Part shown: positions 39,315-51,569 of the stretch, piece by piece
Layout of the letters: each line of letters opens with the position of its first letter
How positions within the stretch are numbered: the stretch's first letter is position 1
From: Octopus sinensis
Lineage: Eukaryota
NCBI RefSeq assembly: GCF_006345805.1
Contig: NC_043017.1
Location: 2,356,001-2,420,000 of the forward strand
Direction: 5' to 3'
Length of the DNA stretch: 64,000 nucleotides
Program-made: the position numbers and the translations under genes
The notes under the pieces: model-generated
What the model saw: the letters and a program-made list of their open reading frames with translations, nothing else
Databases searched by the model: none
What the model was told of the DNA's origin: nothing

Positions 39315-39387
39315 ATATATATATGCGTACATGTATATATACATATATACATATATATATACACACGCACACACAATGAAGAAGAGA

Positions 39388-39432
<45 letters not shown>

Positions 39433-39623
39433 GGTTAGAGAGACAGACATAGCATAGCATATATAGTTTAGGCAAGAGGCCAGATGATATATATAATCTT
39501 CGCCGGTTTAATGGTTTCTCACACTGTTTTAACTTAATTCTCTCCGTTACATTAAATACTTATCATTTGAAAATTTTACACATTCACTGTTTGCTTAAAC
39601 TCACTTTGACGTTCATTCAATGA

Positions 39624-40148
39624 GGAGGCGCAATGGCCCGGTGGTTAGGGCAGCGGGCTCACGGACATAGGATCACGGTTTCGATTCTCGAACCTGGCGT
39701 TGTGAGTGTTTATTGAGCGAAAACTCTTAAATCTCCACTAGGTTGATGGCAAGCCCTTCTTTATGTTTTCATCACAACTTTGTTTTCTCATTCTTTCTTC
39801 CTGTTTCTGTTGTACTTGTATCTTAAAGGGCCAGCCCTGTGACAGCCTGATGTGTGTGTTTATGAGCGAAACACCTAAGCTTCACGCGGGTCCGCCAGAA
39901 GGTAATGGCGAACTTCTGCTGACTCTTTCTTTCCCCACAACTTTCTCTCACTCTTTCCTCCTGCATCTTGCCGTCTGCCGCTATGTTCTGAGTTCAAATT
40001 CCGCCGAGGTCGACTTTGCATTTCATCCTTTCGGGGTCGATTAAATAAGTACCAGTTACGCACTAGGCTCGATATAATCGACTTGAACCGTTTGTCTGTC
40101 CTTGTTTGTCCCCTCTGAGTGTAGCCCCTTGTGGGTAGTAAAGAAATA
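39624..40148 (+). mobile_element. SINE C (39624-39968) joined to a headless SINE A unit (39968-40148)
   Basis: ggaggcgcaatggcccggtggttaggg head; then cgtctgccgctatgttctgagttcaaattccgccgagg...aaagaaata. Confidence 0.82.
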
Positions 40149-40536
40149 AGAATATGTAATTTTTTTTTTTTATTTTGTTGCTCCTGAAAAACAATTTAGG
40201 TAAACGTTGTATACCCCAATCAATGAGAAAAGTTATTAATTTTATTAATTATATAAATGATTGCAATGATTGCAGCATAACTTATTAAGGATTTCAGGAA
40301 AAATATTTACTTGCATAATAAAATATAAGAGTATTTTTTTTTTCATCTTAGGGCCAATAGTTTACTTTTACTGAATTTATTTATTTTTGTAGAATTTTAT
40401 GAAGTTAAACATCAATTTTCTTCTGAATTGTTGAGGTGGAATGATGCTAATAGAATCACCGTTCCCAAGCCAATTGAATATTGACTGTTCTAATGTAATT
40501 TCAAATATCATTTACTCGTATGATTACATTATTTTA

Positions 40537-41705
40537 TACGTGGCTGTGTGGTACGAAGCTTGCTTCCCAACCAACCACATGGGTTTGAGTTCTATCCTAC
40601 TGCATGGCACTTTGGGCAAGTGTCTTCTACTATAGCCTAGGGCTGACCAGAGCCTGGGTCGACTAAAATATTCTTCAAGGCAGTGTTCCAACATGGCCGC
40701 AGTCGAATGCTCGAAACAAGGAAAAGATAAGAGATAAAGATTAATTAAATAATTCAAGGTCAGGCATAGCTTTTATTATACATATAAAGGTATAATTGGA
40801 ACCCACACTCGACAACAAACAGAAAATTTAACACACACCACGACAGATCGACTAGAATTTATACTTACCTGTGAGATCTGTGGAAATTCCACAGAACGAA
40901 ATAGATTAAGAGAACCTACTTAAAGAAAGGATGATTTTTTTTTTCTGCTAATTTATTTAGCGGCAGACGAAATATCGCTATGTCTTTCGCCCGGCGTGCT
41001 AACGTTTCTGTCAGCTAACCGCTTTTTTCTACTATTTCTTCTTCGCGGATTTTCACCTATCGCCGTTGGTTTGGGAATGTAATACCCTCGATAGTTGAGG
41101 GACTAGTGTATGTCGTATAGAAAGAGAAAAAGAAAAGGAGCCGTAAAGATAGAATTATCATAAATGTTGCAGGAAAAATGCCTCACAACATTCAGAATTT
41201 AAAAAAGAAACACAATTTTCGATGCATTGTAGCAGAGAAGATTTTGATGGCGTATTAGGGGGTTACATTGGTAAAATTTAGAAAAGTACTAACATAGGCT
41301 CAGGCGTGGATGTGTGGTAGGAAGCTTGCTTCCCTAACACGTGGTACTGGGTTCAATCCCACTGCGTGGCACCTTGGTCAAATGTGTTTGGAAAACGGAA
41401 ACTGAAGGAGCCCATCGTGTGTGCGTGTGTAAGTGTGTAAGTGTGTGTGTGTGTGCGTGCATGTTTGTAGCTGTATGCGTGTGTGTATCTTTGTGCCTGC
41501 GTTTGTCCTACCATGACTGCTTGACAACCAGTGTTGGTGTGTTTGCGTCCCCGTAATTTAGCGTTTCGCCAAAAGAACCCGACAGATTAAGTACTTGGCT
41601 TGAAGGAAATAAGTTCTGGGGTCAATTTCTTCGACTAAAATTCTTGAAGACGGTGATCCAGTATGGCCGCAGTCAAATGACTGAAACAAGAAAAAGAATA
41701 AAAGA
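40537..41705 (+). mobile_element. Old SINE B copies (40537-40740, 41297-41705), a SINE A head fragment (40960-41030, -) and a Tigger/pogo TIR remnant (41036-41110, -)
   Basis: Family motifs as described for the other copies. Confidence 0.75.
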
Positions 41706-42860
41706 ATAAAAACATAACTTTGATAATTATTAAATGAGGAATTTGTTTTATATAATGTGAAGGTAATAATTTGTTGGGCTTTTTTCTTTTCTGAAAATTA
41801 AAATCCCTTTCATTGTTTTGTATAAGTACCAAAAAATCGATAAAATTTAACCTATATTTATTGTGTTCACCGTATTGCGCATGGAAATAAAAATATACTA
41901 CCGAAGGAACCGTTATTTTAAGCAATCGTTGCTTGTCATTTGACAGCAAAAGTTTTGCAATTTTCATGGGGTGGTCAGCAGGGGAAGCATCGCCCAAAAC
42001 ATTTGACTGGACACATTTTTCAAGCACAGGTGGACAAAAAGCAAAGTGGACCGCGGATCTGTAACCGGCAAGCTAACGATTCTGTCAGCTCACAAATTGT
42101 GTGTGTGTGTGTGTGTGTGTGCGTGTGGTGTGCCTTTTTATTAAAGCTGCAGAACCATCACAAGGACTACAACTCAGAGATTCCCGTTCCCGTTCGTTGG
42201 ATAGTACGACGAACTGATGTGATGTTTTTTCCTCTTTAAATAAAACAGCTCTGCCTTCGGTATTCGAGCAATATATTTTTCTACCTTGTTTTGAATTCGT
42301 GTGTGTGTGTGTATTTATACATACACACGCGCGCTGTCGCATCGTTATCGTCATCATCATCATCATCATTACCATCATTAACTCCCTATTGTTTCACCAA
42401 TGTGAAACTACCACTCTCACCTCCGCTGAGCTTCATCTTCAATTTCGTTCCTGGTTGTCGTCGTCAATGTCGTCAGAATTGCCATCACCACCGCCACCAC
42501 CGCCATCAGCCGCATCAGCAGATTGTTCTTATCAATATCTTTAGTGCCATTATGTTTATGGCACCATTATTCAGCAATATCGTTTGTCAAATCAAAGGTC
42601 CACAAATAGCGCTCTTTGACATCCACTCATTTGGAAAAAGAGTGGTATATGCATACGTACATACGCATGTATATATGCGTGTATGTATGTATGTATAGAA
42701 GCATATATGTATATATGTGACTATATATATAAATTTAAATTTAAGTACATATGTGTGTATAATTATCTATATACATTAAAATGTTATACATTATAAATAT
42801 ATATATATATGTTATCCAGGTTCCCACATACATATATATATGTATATATATATGTATTTA

Positions 42861-42915
<55 letters not shown>

Positions 42916-43849
42916 ATGTATATGTACGTATGTATATGTATATATATATATATGTATGTATATGTATTATACACACATATATATACATTCAAGCATACAC
43001 ACCGAGTATGTGAGAGATAGTAATAAACATTAATACAATTATAAACATGGAATTGAGTTTAAAATGAGTAAAACACTTTTGATAGTACACACACACATAC
43101 ACGTATGTAGATGCTTGTGTACAAAGCGCGATTACCTTTTTTTTCTATATATACACTTAAGCATGCTTAGGTGAACAAAATAAATACGATAATGTGAGTA
43201 ATTCCGCTTTACGAGGCCAGATGCTTACATATAATTATTTATCAACACATAAATCATAATATGCATGTGTATATACATATATATATATATGTATATGTAT
43301 ATGTATGTATGTATGTATGTATATGTATTTCACTTCTGCCATTAGCCTTTATCTATGCTCATTACATTACGGAAGGTTGAGTAGCCGTGGTGTTGGTGTG
43401 GGTTGGTGTTGGTTGGTGCTGGTCGTAACGAGGAACTTTACCCGTTACCCCCACCTGTACTTAGTCGCTTCCTTCGAGGATCTGAGATCAATTTCCGATC
43501 TTCGTCCCGTATTCTGCTGCCTGTAAATTTGTGTGAGTCTGTCTGTCTGTCTTTCTGTGTATGAGGGATCGTGTGCATACGCTTACATTTCTATTCATAT
43601 CTAATGACGAAGTCTTGCCATGACCACATCACGAAGGCTAAAAAAGATGCAGGATTAAGACTGAAAGTCAGTACACCCATGGCTGTCTAGTTAAGAAGCC
43701 TATTTACTTACTGATAGTTATACTGGCGGTGACATTCACCAGCGTTGAGTTGAGCCACCCCCGTCCATCGAGTTCATTACGTCTCTTCACGAATCTTGAC
43801 CACATCCAACAGTCGGCCGCAATTATGAAGCCATTTATGCAGCTTAAAA

Positions 43850-43971
43850 CATGTCCGGGTTCAGTCCCACTGTGTGGCACCTTGCGCAAGTGTATTCTAC
43901 TATAACCTCGCGCCGATCAAAGCCCTGTGAATGGATTTGGTAGACGGAAACTGAACGAAGCCCGTCGTATA

Positions 43972-44050
<79 letters not shown>

Positions 44051-44267
44051 CTGAGTGTGTGTTTTTGTCCCACCAACATCGCTTGACAACCGATGCTGGT
44101 GTGTTTACGTCCCCGTAACTTAGCAGTTCAGCAAATCAGACCGATGGAGTAAGTACTAGGCTTACAAACAATAAGTCCCGGGGTCGATTTGCTCGACTAA
44201 AGGCGGTGCTCCAGCATGGCCACAGTCACATGACTGAAACAAGTAAAACAGTAAAAGAGTAAAAGAG
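43850..44267 (+). mobile_element. SINE family B, slightly 5'-truncated
   Basis: ccgggttcagtcccactgtgtggcacc...ggcggtgctccagcatggcc...gtaaaagagtaaaagag. Confidence 0.9.
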
Positions 44268-45103
44268 GCCGAGGGTGAAGATGCGTGAACATGTTTTTAT
44301 AGGTATATGTACGATTACTTTAGCAACTAAGTCTCATTTCTTTACGACAGTGAGTTTGTGGGATTTGAGGGAGATTTGGCTGCTATTTCTAGTAAATGGA
44401 AAGACTACGTACAGTTTTTCTTCATTTTCTTTACTTCGGTGTTTGTTAAAAACTAACGACTCCACCATCGTCTTCAGCTAAGCAAAAGAAAATTATTCTG
44501 CTGTTGCATGTTAAAGCACAACTTATAAGAATATGAAGAGAAAGATATTTATTGCCCTCGAGGCTGAAACTTTAAAGTTTAATCAACGAGGTTAACACAA
44601 CGTTAGTTTACTTGCAGACAAACGATGTTGAAGTTATTAAATGGAATTTAAAGTTATTTCAGTCCCTGGAGACACTGAAAAAAACCATCTTCGAAAATCA
44701 TATAAAATTCTGATGAATTGTACGAGTGGTTTTTAGTTAGATTTAAAATGATCAGCCGAGAGCGCGAACAGGAAAAAACAAAAGCAACCATAATCTAACT
44801 ACGGCTGGTCCCAATGAAACAAGAAGCAACGCATTAGATAAACTATAGCAATAACGCGTTTGGATGTAAATGTAATGAAGTTGATTATATCACTCCCAAA
44901 AGCAACAAATATGAACTGCAAACATCGATAATAAATTCACTTATGTTATCAAGATCAGCATGTCACACCTGAAAAAAGCAAAACATAAGAGTCGATAATA
45001 ATCAAGTTATAGCACGAAGAAGCTAAGTGTAAGTCTCTCACAATGTGTGTGCATGCGGTGGAGAACAGAGAGAGAGGTGTGACTCTGTTTGTAAATTAAT
45101 TAA

Positions 45104-45936
45104 GGCGGCGAGCTGGCAGAGACGTTAGCACGCCGGGCGAAATGCTTCGCGGTATTTCGTCTGCCGTTACGTACTGAGTTCAAATTCCGCCGAGGTCGAC
45201 TTTGCCTTTCATCCTTTCGGGTTCGATTAAATAAGTACCAGTTATGCACTGGGGTCGATATAATCGACTTAATCTATTTATCTGTCCTTGTTTGTCCTCC
45301 CTGTGTTAAGCCCCTTGTGGATAGTAAAGAAATAGGTATTTCGTCTGCCGTTACGTACTGAGTTCAAATTCCGCTGAGGTTGATTTTGCCTTTCATCCTT
45401 TCGGGGTCGATTAAATAAATACCAGTTTCGCACTGGGGTCGATATAATCGACTTAATCTATTTGTCTGTCCTTGTTTGTCCTCCCTGTGTTTAGCCCCTT
45501 GTGGGTAGTAAAGAAATAGGTATTTCGTCTGCCATTACATACTGAGTTCAAATTCCGCTGAGGTTGATTTTGCCTTTCATCCTTTCGGGGTCGATTAAAT
45601 AAATACCAGTTACGCACTGGGGTCGATATAATCGACTTACTCTATTTGTCTGTCCTTGTTTGTCCTCCCTGTGTTTAGCCCCTTGTGGGTAGTAAAGAAA
45701 TAGGTATTTCGTCTGCCGTTACGTACTGAGTTCAAATTCCACCGAGGTCGATTTTGCCTTCCATCCTTTCGGGGTCGATTAAATAAGTACCAGTTTCGCA
45801 CTGGGGTCGATATAATCGACTAAATCTATTTGTCTGTCCTTGTTTGTCCTCTCTGTGTTTAGCCCCTTGTGGGTAGTAAAGAAATGGGTATTTCGTCTGC
45901 CGTTACATACTGAGTTCAAATTCCGCCGAAGTCGAC
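45104..45936 (+). mobile_element. SINE family A with an intact head and 4.25 head-to-tail 184-bp units
   Basis: ggtatttcgtctgcc at 45151, 45335, 45519, 45703 and 45887 (period exactly 184). Confidence 0.96.
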
Positions 45937-46074
45937 GGAACATACATACACACACATATATACACACATACATACATGCATACATACATACATACATACA
46001 TACATACATACATACATACATACATACATACATACATACATACATACATACATACATACATACATACATACATA

Positions 46075-46160
46075 CGAAGCCAGGAATTTTGTCAGTGAAT
46101 GGGTTGCTGTCTGAAATCGACGAAAATATTTGGACGAATAAAATTTAAATGTTACTATCT
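46075..46160 (+). mobile_element. Degenerate copy of the G3-C8 hammerhead family (fold at 46091-46135)
   Basis: gtca GTGAATG g gttg..cgac GAAA atatt t ggac. Confidence 0.6.
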
Positions 46161-46574
46161 TTATTATAGGCCCGATGGCCCGAAAAATAGAGGGGACGAT
46201 ACAAAAACGGGACGTGGGGTACATAGAATAAAAATAAAAATATGTCATAAAATTAAATATGTATAATGAATTATATGGACTGTTTACAAGCCCCCCAAAA
46301 CTCGTAAAATCATTTAAAATACAGATCTGTTATACTGGGCGTTCATCTGTAATGTAATCTAATATGTCTTCTTGTTCTATTATTGCAGGCAAACTGTCGT
46401 ATCGAATATATTGCATTATACAAACAGTTGAAAAAACATTTTTCAATTTTAAAAAATGTCTCTTTTTCTATTATCGCCGACTTTACTTTATCATCAAATA
46501 TTTCTGGGTTTAGCCTAACTCTTATTAAACCTTTCTTACATGCCAGTCTTTTTTAAATGTTGAATTGAATCTAA

Positions 46575-46860
46575 CGCTGTGTATTTTTAAACAACTTATA
46601 AACGCCGTGACCACTAAAAGTGGACGGTCAACATGCTAGATATAGACGTCAAAATCGCTATTTACCACGAAGAATGTGTTCTCAAATAAAAACTCAAATA
46701 AAAAGCATTAAAAATAAGCAAGACAAATGAAAATATACGAAATAATAACGATTTCCTATGTACCGATCAGTTTCGCTTGTTAATATCCACGTATATGGAT
46801 ACATGGAAATCTGCAAGCTCATCAGCATAGTCTGTCGTATTTATTAAATTTTATATATAA
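46575..46860 (-). mobile_element. Penelope-like non-coding element with an intact hammerhead
   Basis: Same family as 731-877; ends in a TA tract at ~46852. Confidence 0.7.
46756..46830 (-). ncRNA. Canonical type I hammerhead ribozyme
   Basis: CUAUG-CUGAUGA-GCUUG[long loop with an AUCCA/UGGAU hairpin]CAAGC-GAAA-CUGAUCGG-UA^CAUAG: all core positions canonical, GUA site, cleavage predicted between 46761 and 46760. Confidence 0.88.
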
Positions 46861-47024
46861 ATAAACATACATATACTTATATATGTATATATATCATATA
46901 GTTGAATGCATCTATGTATGTATTTTGTATGCCATGGAGAATTTAGTTTATATGGATTGAATGAATATACACATCGATCTTTGAATTTGTTTTTCTCCTC
47001 CTTAATTTTATATATACACACACG

Positions 47025-47061
<37 letters not shown>

Positions 47062-47113
47062 CGTGTATATATATAGATATAGATATAGATATAGATATAT
47101 ATATATACATACA

Positions 47114-47144
<31 letters not shown>

Positions 47145-47229
47145 AAACGGGTGTATGTTGTTTGTGTGAATGTGCAGCCATACACACATAAACGTCTGAC
47201 TAATGTTATTAACACCTGAAACAGCTTTA

Positions 47230-48050
47230 TTTTGCTGTTTTATGTTTCTTTTGTAACTCCATTGCTTTCGCTGCAAGTTTTGCTTAACATATTTGAAATT
47301 GGAGTAAATTTCTCCGCTTTCAGACGTAACGAAGATGGAGTTTTATGTAGAAACAATATGAACGTCTTCGACATCTGCTCCTCTTCGCTTTCAATAAAGT
47401 TTCTAAAACACCCAAATCCACTCCGAGATATTCGTGGGGTTAACGGTTAAGTAGCTATGCGGGTAAGGACTACAAAAAATCGGTTTTGAACATTCATTGA
47501 CCTCAAAGTTTTTTAGGACCTCAAAGTTTCCCGTTCTGGCTGATCTGTTCATTTCAATAAGGTTCCATTGGACGAGATTATCCACCATGATTGGGAGCAA
47601 TACACTAAGAAATAGAGCCAAAAGATGGGAATCCCTGACGACCCTGTCGGCCATCAGGCGTTAGCTTCACCCGAGGGTTAAGGTCCAAACGTCTCGACCG
47701 GACATAGTCTACTTCTTGAACACGATAATAATCGCATATCTATCGTTAAAACGAACAAAATCGCCGTTCAGGAGCTCGGCTGGGAAATTCTACCGCCCTT
47801 ACAATATCCCTGACATATAGTACCTTCAGATTATTTCGTTTCTTAGTCGCTCTCAAACAATTTTACGAGGTGTTTCATTCAACAAGGACGCACAGCTGAA
47901 AATGTGGCCCGATGACTCCTCCGAGTCACGACCCGATAATTCGTACGCTCAAAGCATTGATGTGTTCGCTGATCTTTGGCAAGAAGTCATAAACAATGAG
48001 CGATTTGACTGATTTAATAAAATTGTTCTGAAAAATTGGGATTAAATTTA
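47230..48050 (+). pseudogene. Decayed mariner (Tc1/mariner) transposon with an internal deletion
   Basis: Fragments ERLRHLLLFAFNK, LLEHDNN...VQELGWEILP...PSDY and RGVSFNKDAQLKMWPDDSSESRPD...DLWQEVINNERFD* match the mariner HTH and C-terminal catalytic region; many stops and frameshifts. Confidence 0.88.
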
Positions 48051-48282
48051 AACGGAACAAAACGTACAAATATATTTAAAAATCCAACTCAGACCTACAT
48101 ATATATATAGACTTGTTAGATATATTCGTTCGTTATATAAATATATACAAATATATATATATATATATATACACACACAGACATATACATATATACATAT
48201 ACATACACACACAAACATACATACATGCATACATAAATAAACATACATAAATACATATATATACTTATATATAAACATACAA

Positions 48283-48906
48283 TTTCTTTATTAGCCACAA
48301 GGGCCCAAAACATAGAGGGGGACAAACAAGGACAGACAGGACACCACAGAGGGGACAATACATAGAACGAATATGATGAGATGGTTATACAATAATGGGG
48401 TTATGAATGGCTGCATGCGCCCTCTCGGTTTCTTTATTAGCCACAAGGGCCCAAACATAGAGGGGGACAAAAACAAGGACAGACAGGACACCACAGAGGG
48501 GACAATACATAGAACGAATATGATGAGATGGTTATACAATAATGGGGTTATGAATGGCTGCATGCGCCCCTCGGTTTCATTATTAGCCACAAGGGCCCAA
48601 ACATAGAGGGGGACAAACAAGGACAGACAAGACACCACAGAGGGGACAATACATAGAACGAATATGATGAGATGTTATACAATAATGGGGTTATGAATGG
48701 CTGCATGCGCCTCTCGGTTTCTTTATTAGCCACAAGGCCCAAACATAGAGGGGGACAAACAAGGACAGACAAGACACCACAGAGGGGACAATACATAGAA
48801 CGAATATGATGAGATGGTTATACAATAATGGGGTTATGAATGGCTGCATGCGCCTCTCGGTTTCTTTATTAGCCACAAGGGCCCAAAACATAGAGGGGGA
48901 CAATAC
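48283..48906. repeat. ~144-bp minisatellite, 4.3 copies
   Basis: Units start at 48283, 48429, 48575, 48718 and 48861. Confidence 0.95.
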
Positions 48907-49244
48907 AGCCTGATTGGGGTCAGACACACAATGATTATATGACTTTTAAAATTTTACAAAATATAATGAAATCGAATGAAATTGAATGAGATACAACAAG
49001 GACGAAATACAAACATGAGATGAAGCAGAGAGATGGCTTACGCTCCGACCCCACGAGCCCCATTCTCCTACTGAAACTTTTGTATGCAGATTACATAAAC
49101 ATACACACATACATGTATATATATTAAGATATATACACAAATACATTTATTTACATAGATACATATATATGTATATAAACATAAACATACAAACATATAT
49201 ACTTATAGATATAAGCATGCATACACATAAATATAGATAGATAA

Positions 49245-49316
<72 letters not shown>

Positions 49317-50266
49317 CGGTTCGGTATAATCGGAGAGCCGCTTCGTTCACGAATGACCATGGGATTGCACCTAGAAAGTTACCCTCCGAAGCACAGGTCC
49401 GGGCAAGGTTGTTTATGGAAGACTAGCAGTCGCCCATGCATACCAGCCTCCCCTCTCCAGCTCAACGATGTTATCCAAAGGAAAAGCAAAATAAACTGAT
49501 ACAATAAATACCAGGCTTAAAATAATATGTAGTGGGGCCGATTCAATCGACTAAAAACATCCCACCATGATTCGGAGCAATACACTAAGAAATAGAGCCA
49601 AAAGATGGGAATCCCTGACGACCCTGTCGGCCATCAGGCGTTAGCTTCACCCGAGGGTTAAGGTCCAAACGTCTCAACCGGACATAGTCTACTTCTTGAA
49701 CACGATAATAATCGCATATCTATCGCTAAAACGAACGAAATCGCCGTTCAGGAGCTCGGCTGGGAAATTCTACCGCCCTTACAATATCCCTGACATATAG
49801 TACCTTCAGATTATTTCGTTTCTTAGTCGCTCTCAAACAATTTTACGAGGTGTTTCATTCAACAAGGACGCACAGCTGAAAATGTGGCCCGATGACTCCT
49901 CCGAGTCACGACCCGATAATTCGTACGCTCAAAGCATTGATGTGTTCGCTGATCTTTGGCAAGAAGTCATAAACAATGAGCGATTTGACTGATTTAATAA
50001 AATTGTTCTGAAAAATTGGGATTAAATTTAAACGGAACAAAACGTACAAATATATTTAAAAATCCAACTCAGACCTACATATATATATAGACTTGTTAGA
50101 TATATTCGTTCGTTATATAAATATATACAAATATATATATATATATATATACACACACAGACATATACATATATACATATACATACACACACAAACATAC
50201 ATACATGCATACATACATAAATAAACATACATAAATACATATATATACTTATATATAAACATACAA

Positions 50267-51177
50267 TTTCTTTATTAGCCACAAGGGCCCAAAACATAGA
50301 GGGGGACAAACAAGGACAGACAGGACACCACAGAGGGGACAATACATAGAACGAATATGATGAGATGGTTATACAATAATGGGGTTATGAATGGCTGCAT
50401 GCGCCTCTCGGTTTCTTTATTAGCCACAAGGGCCCAAACATAGAGGGGGACAAACAAGGACAGACAGGATACCACAGAGGGGACAATACATAGAACGAAT
50501 ATGATGAGATGGTTATACAATAATGGGGTTATGAATGGCTGCATGCGCCTCTCAGTTTCTTTATTAGCCACAAGGGCCCAAACATAGAGGGGGACAAACA
50601 AGGACAGACAGGATACCACAGAGGGGACAATACATAGAACGAATATGATGAGATGGCTATACAATAATGGGGTTATGAATGGCTGCATGCGCCCCTCGGT
50701 TTCTTTATTAGCCACAAGGGCCCAAACATAGAGGGGGACAAACAAGGACAGACAGGACACCACAGAGGGGACAATACATAGAACGAATATGATGAGATGG
50801 TTATACAATAATGGGGTTATGAATGGCTGCATGCGCCCCTCGGTTTCTTTTTTAGCCACAAGGGCCCAAATATAGAGGGGGACAAACAAGGACAGACAGG
50901 ACACCACAGAGGGGACAATACATAGAACGAATATGATGAGATGGTTATACAATAATGGGGTTATGAATGGCTGCATGCGCCCCTCGGTTTCTTTATTAGT
51001 CACAATGGCCCAAATATAGAGGGGGACAAACAAGGACAGACAGGACGCCACAGAGGGGACAATACATAGAACGAATATGATGAGATGGTTATACAATGAT
51101 GGGGTTATGAATGGCTGCATGCGCCTCTCGGTTTCTTTATTAGCCACAAGGGCCCAAAACATAGAGGGGGACAATAC
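50267..51177. repeat. 144-bp minisatellite, 6.3 copies; the first ~55 nt derive from the SINE A 3' end in reverse orientation
   Basis: Units start at 50267, 50412, 50556, 50700, 50844, 50988 and 51132; tttctttattagccacaagggcccaaacatagagggggacaaacaaggacagaca versus SINE A tttctttactacccacaaggggctaaacacagagaggacaaacaaggacagaca. Confidence 0.95.
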
Positions 51178-51537
51178 AGCCTGATTGGGGTCAGACACAC
51201 AATGATTATATGACTTTTAAAATTTTACAAAATATAATGAAATCGAATGAAATCGAATGAGATACAATAAGGACGAAATACAAACATGAGATGAAGCAGA
51301 GAGATGGCTTACGCTCCGACCCCACGAGCCCCATTCTCCTACTGAAACTTTTGTATGCAGACTATATAAACATACACACATACATGTATATATATAAACA
51401 TATATACACAAATACATTTATTTACATACATACATATATATGTATATAAACATAAACATACAAACATATATATATATTAAGACATACATATATACTTATA
51501 GATATAAGCATGCATACACATAAATATAGATAGATAA

Positions 51538-51569
<32 letters not shown>

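Noticed and set aside
40869-40915. Minus-strand exon candidate with a strong CAG|GTAAGT donor; similar candidates near 43460-43520, 7908 and 59970
   Set aside because: Short, with several frames open, no recognisable protein and no consistent chain; splice-like motifs are expected by chance in 64 kb
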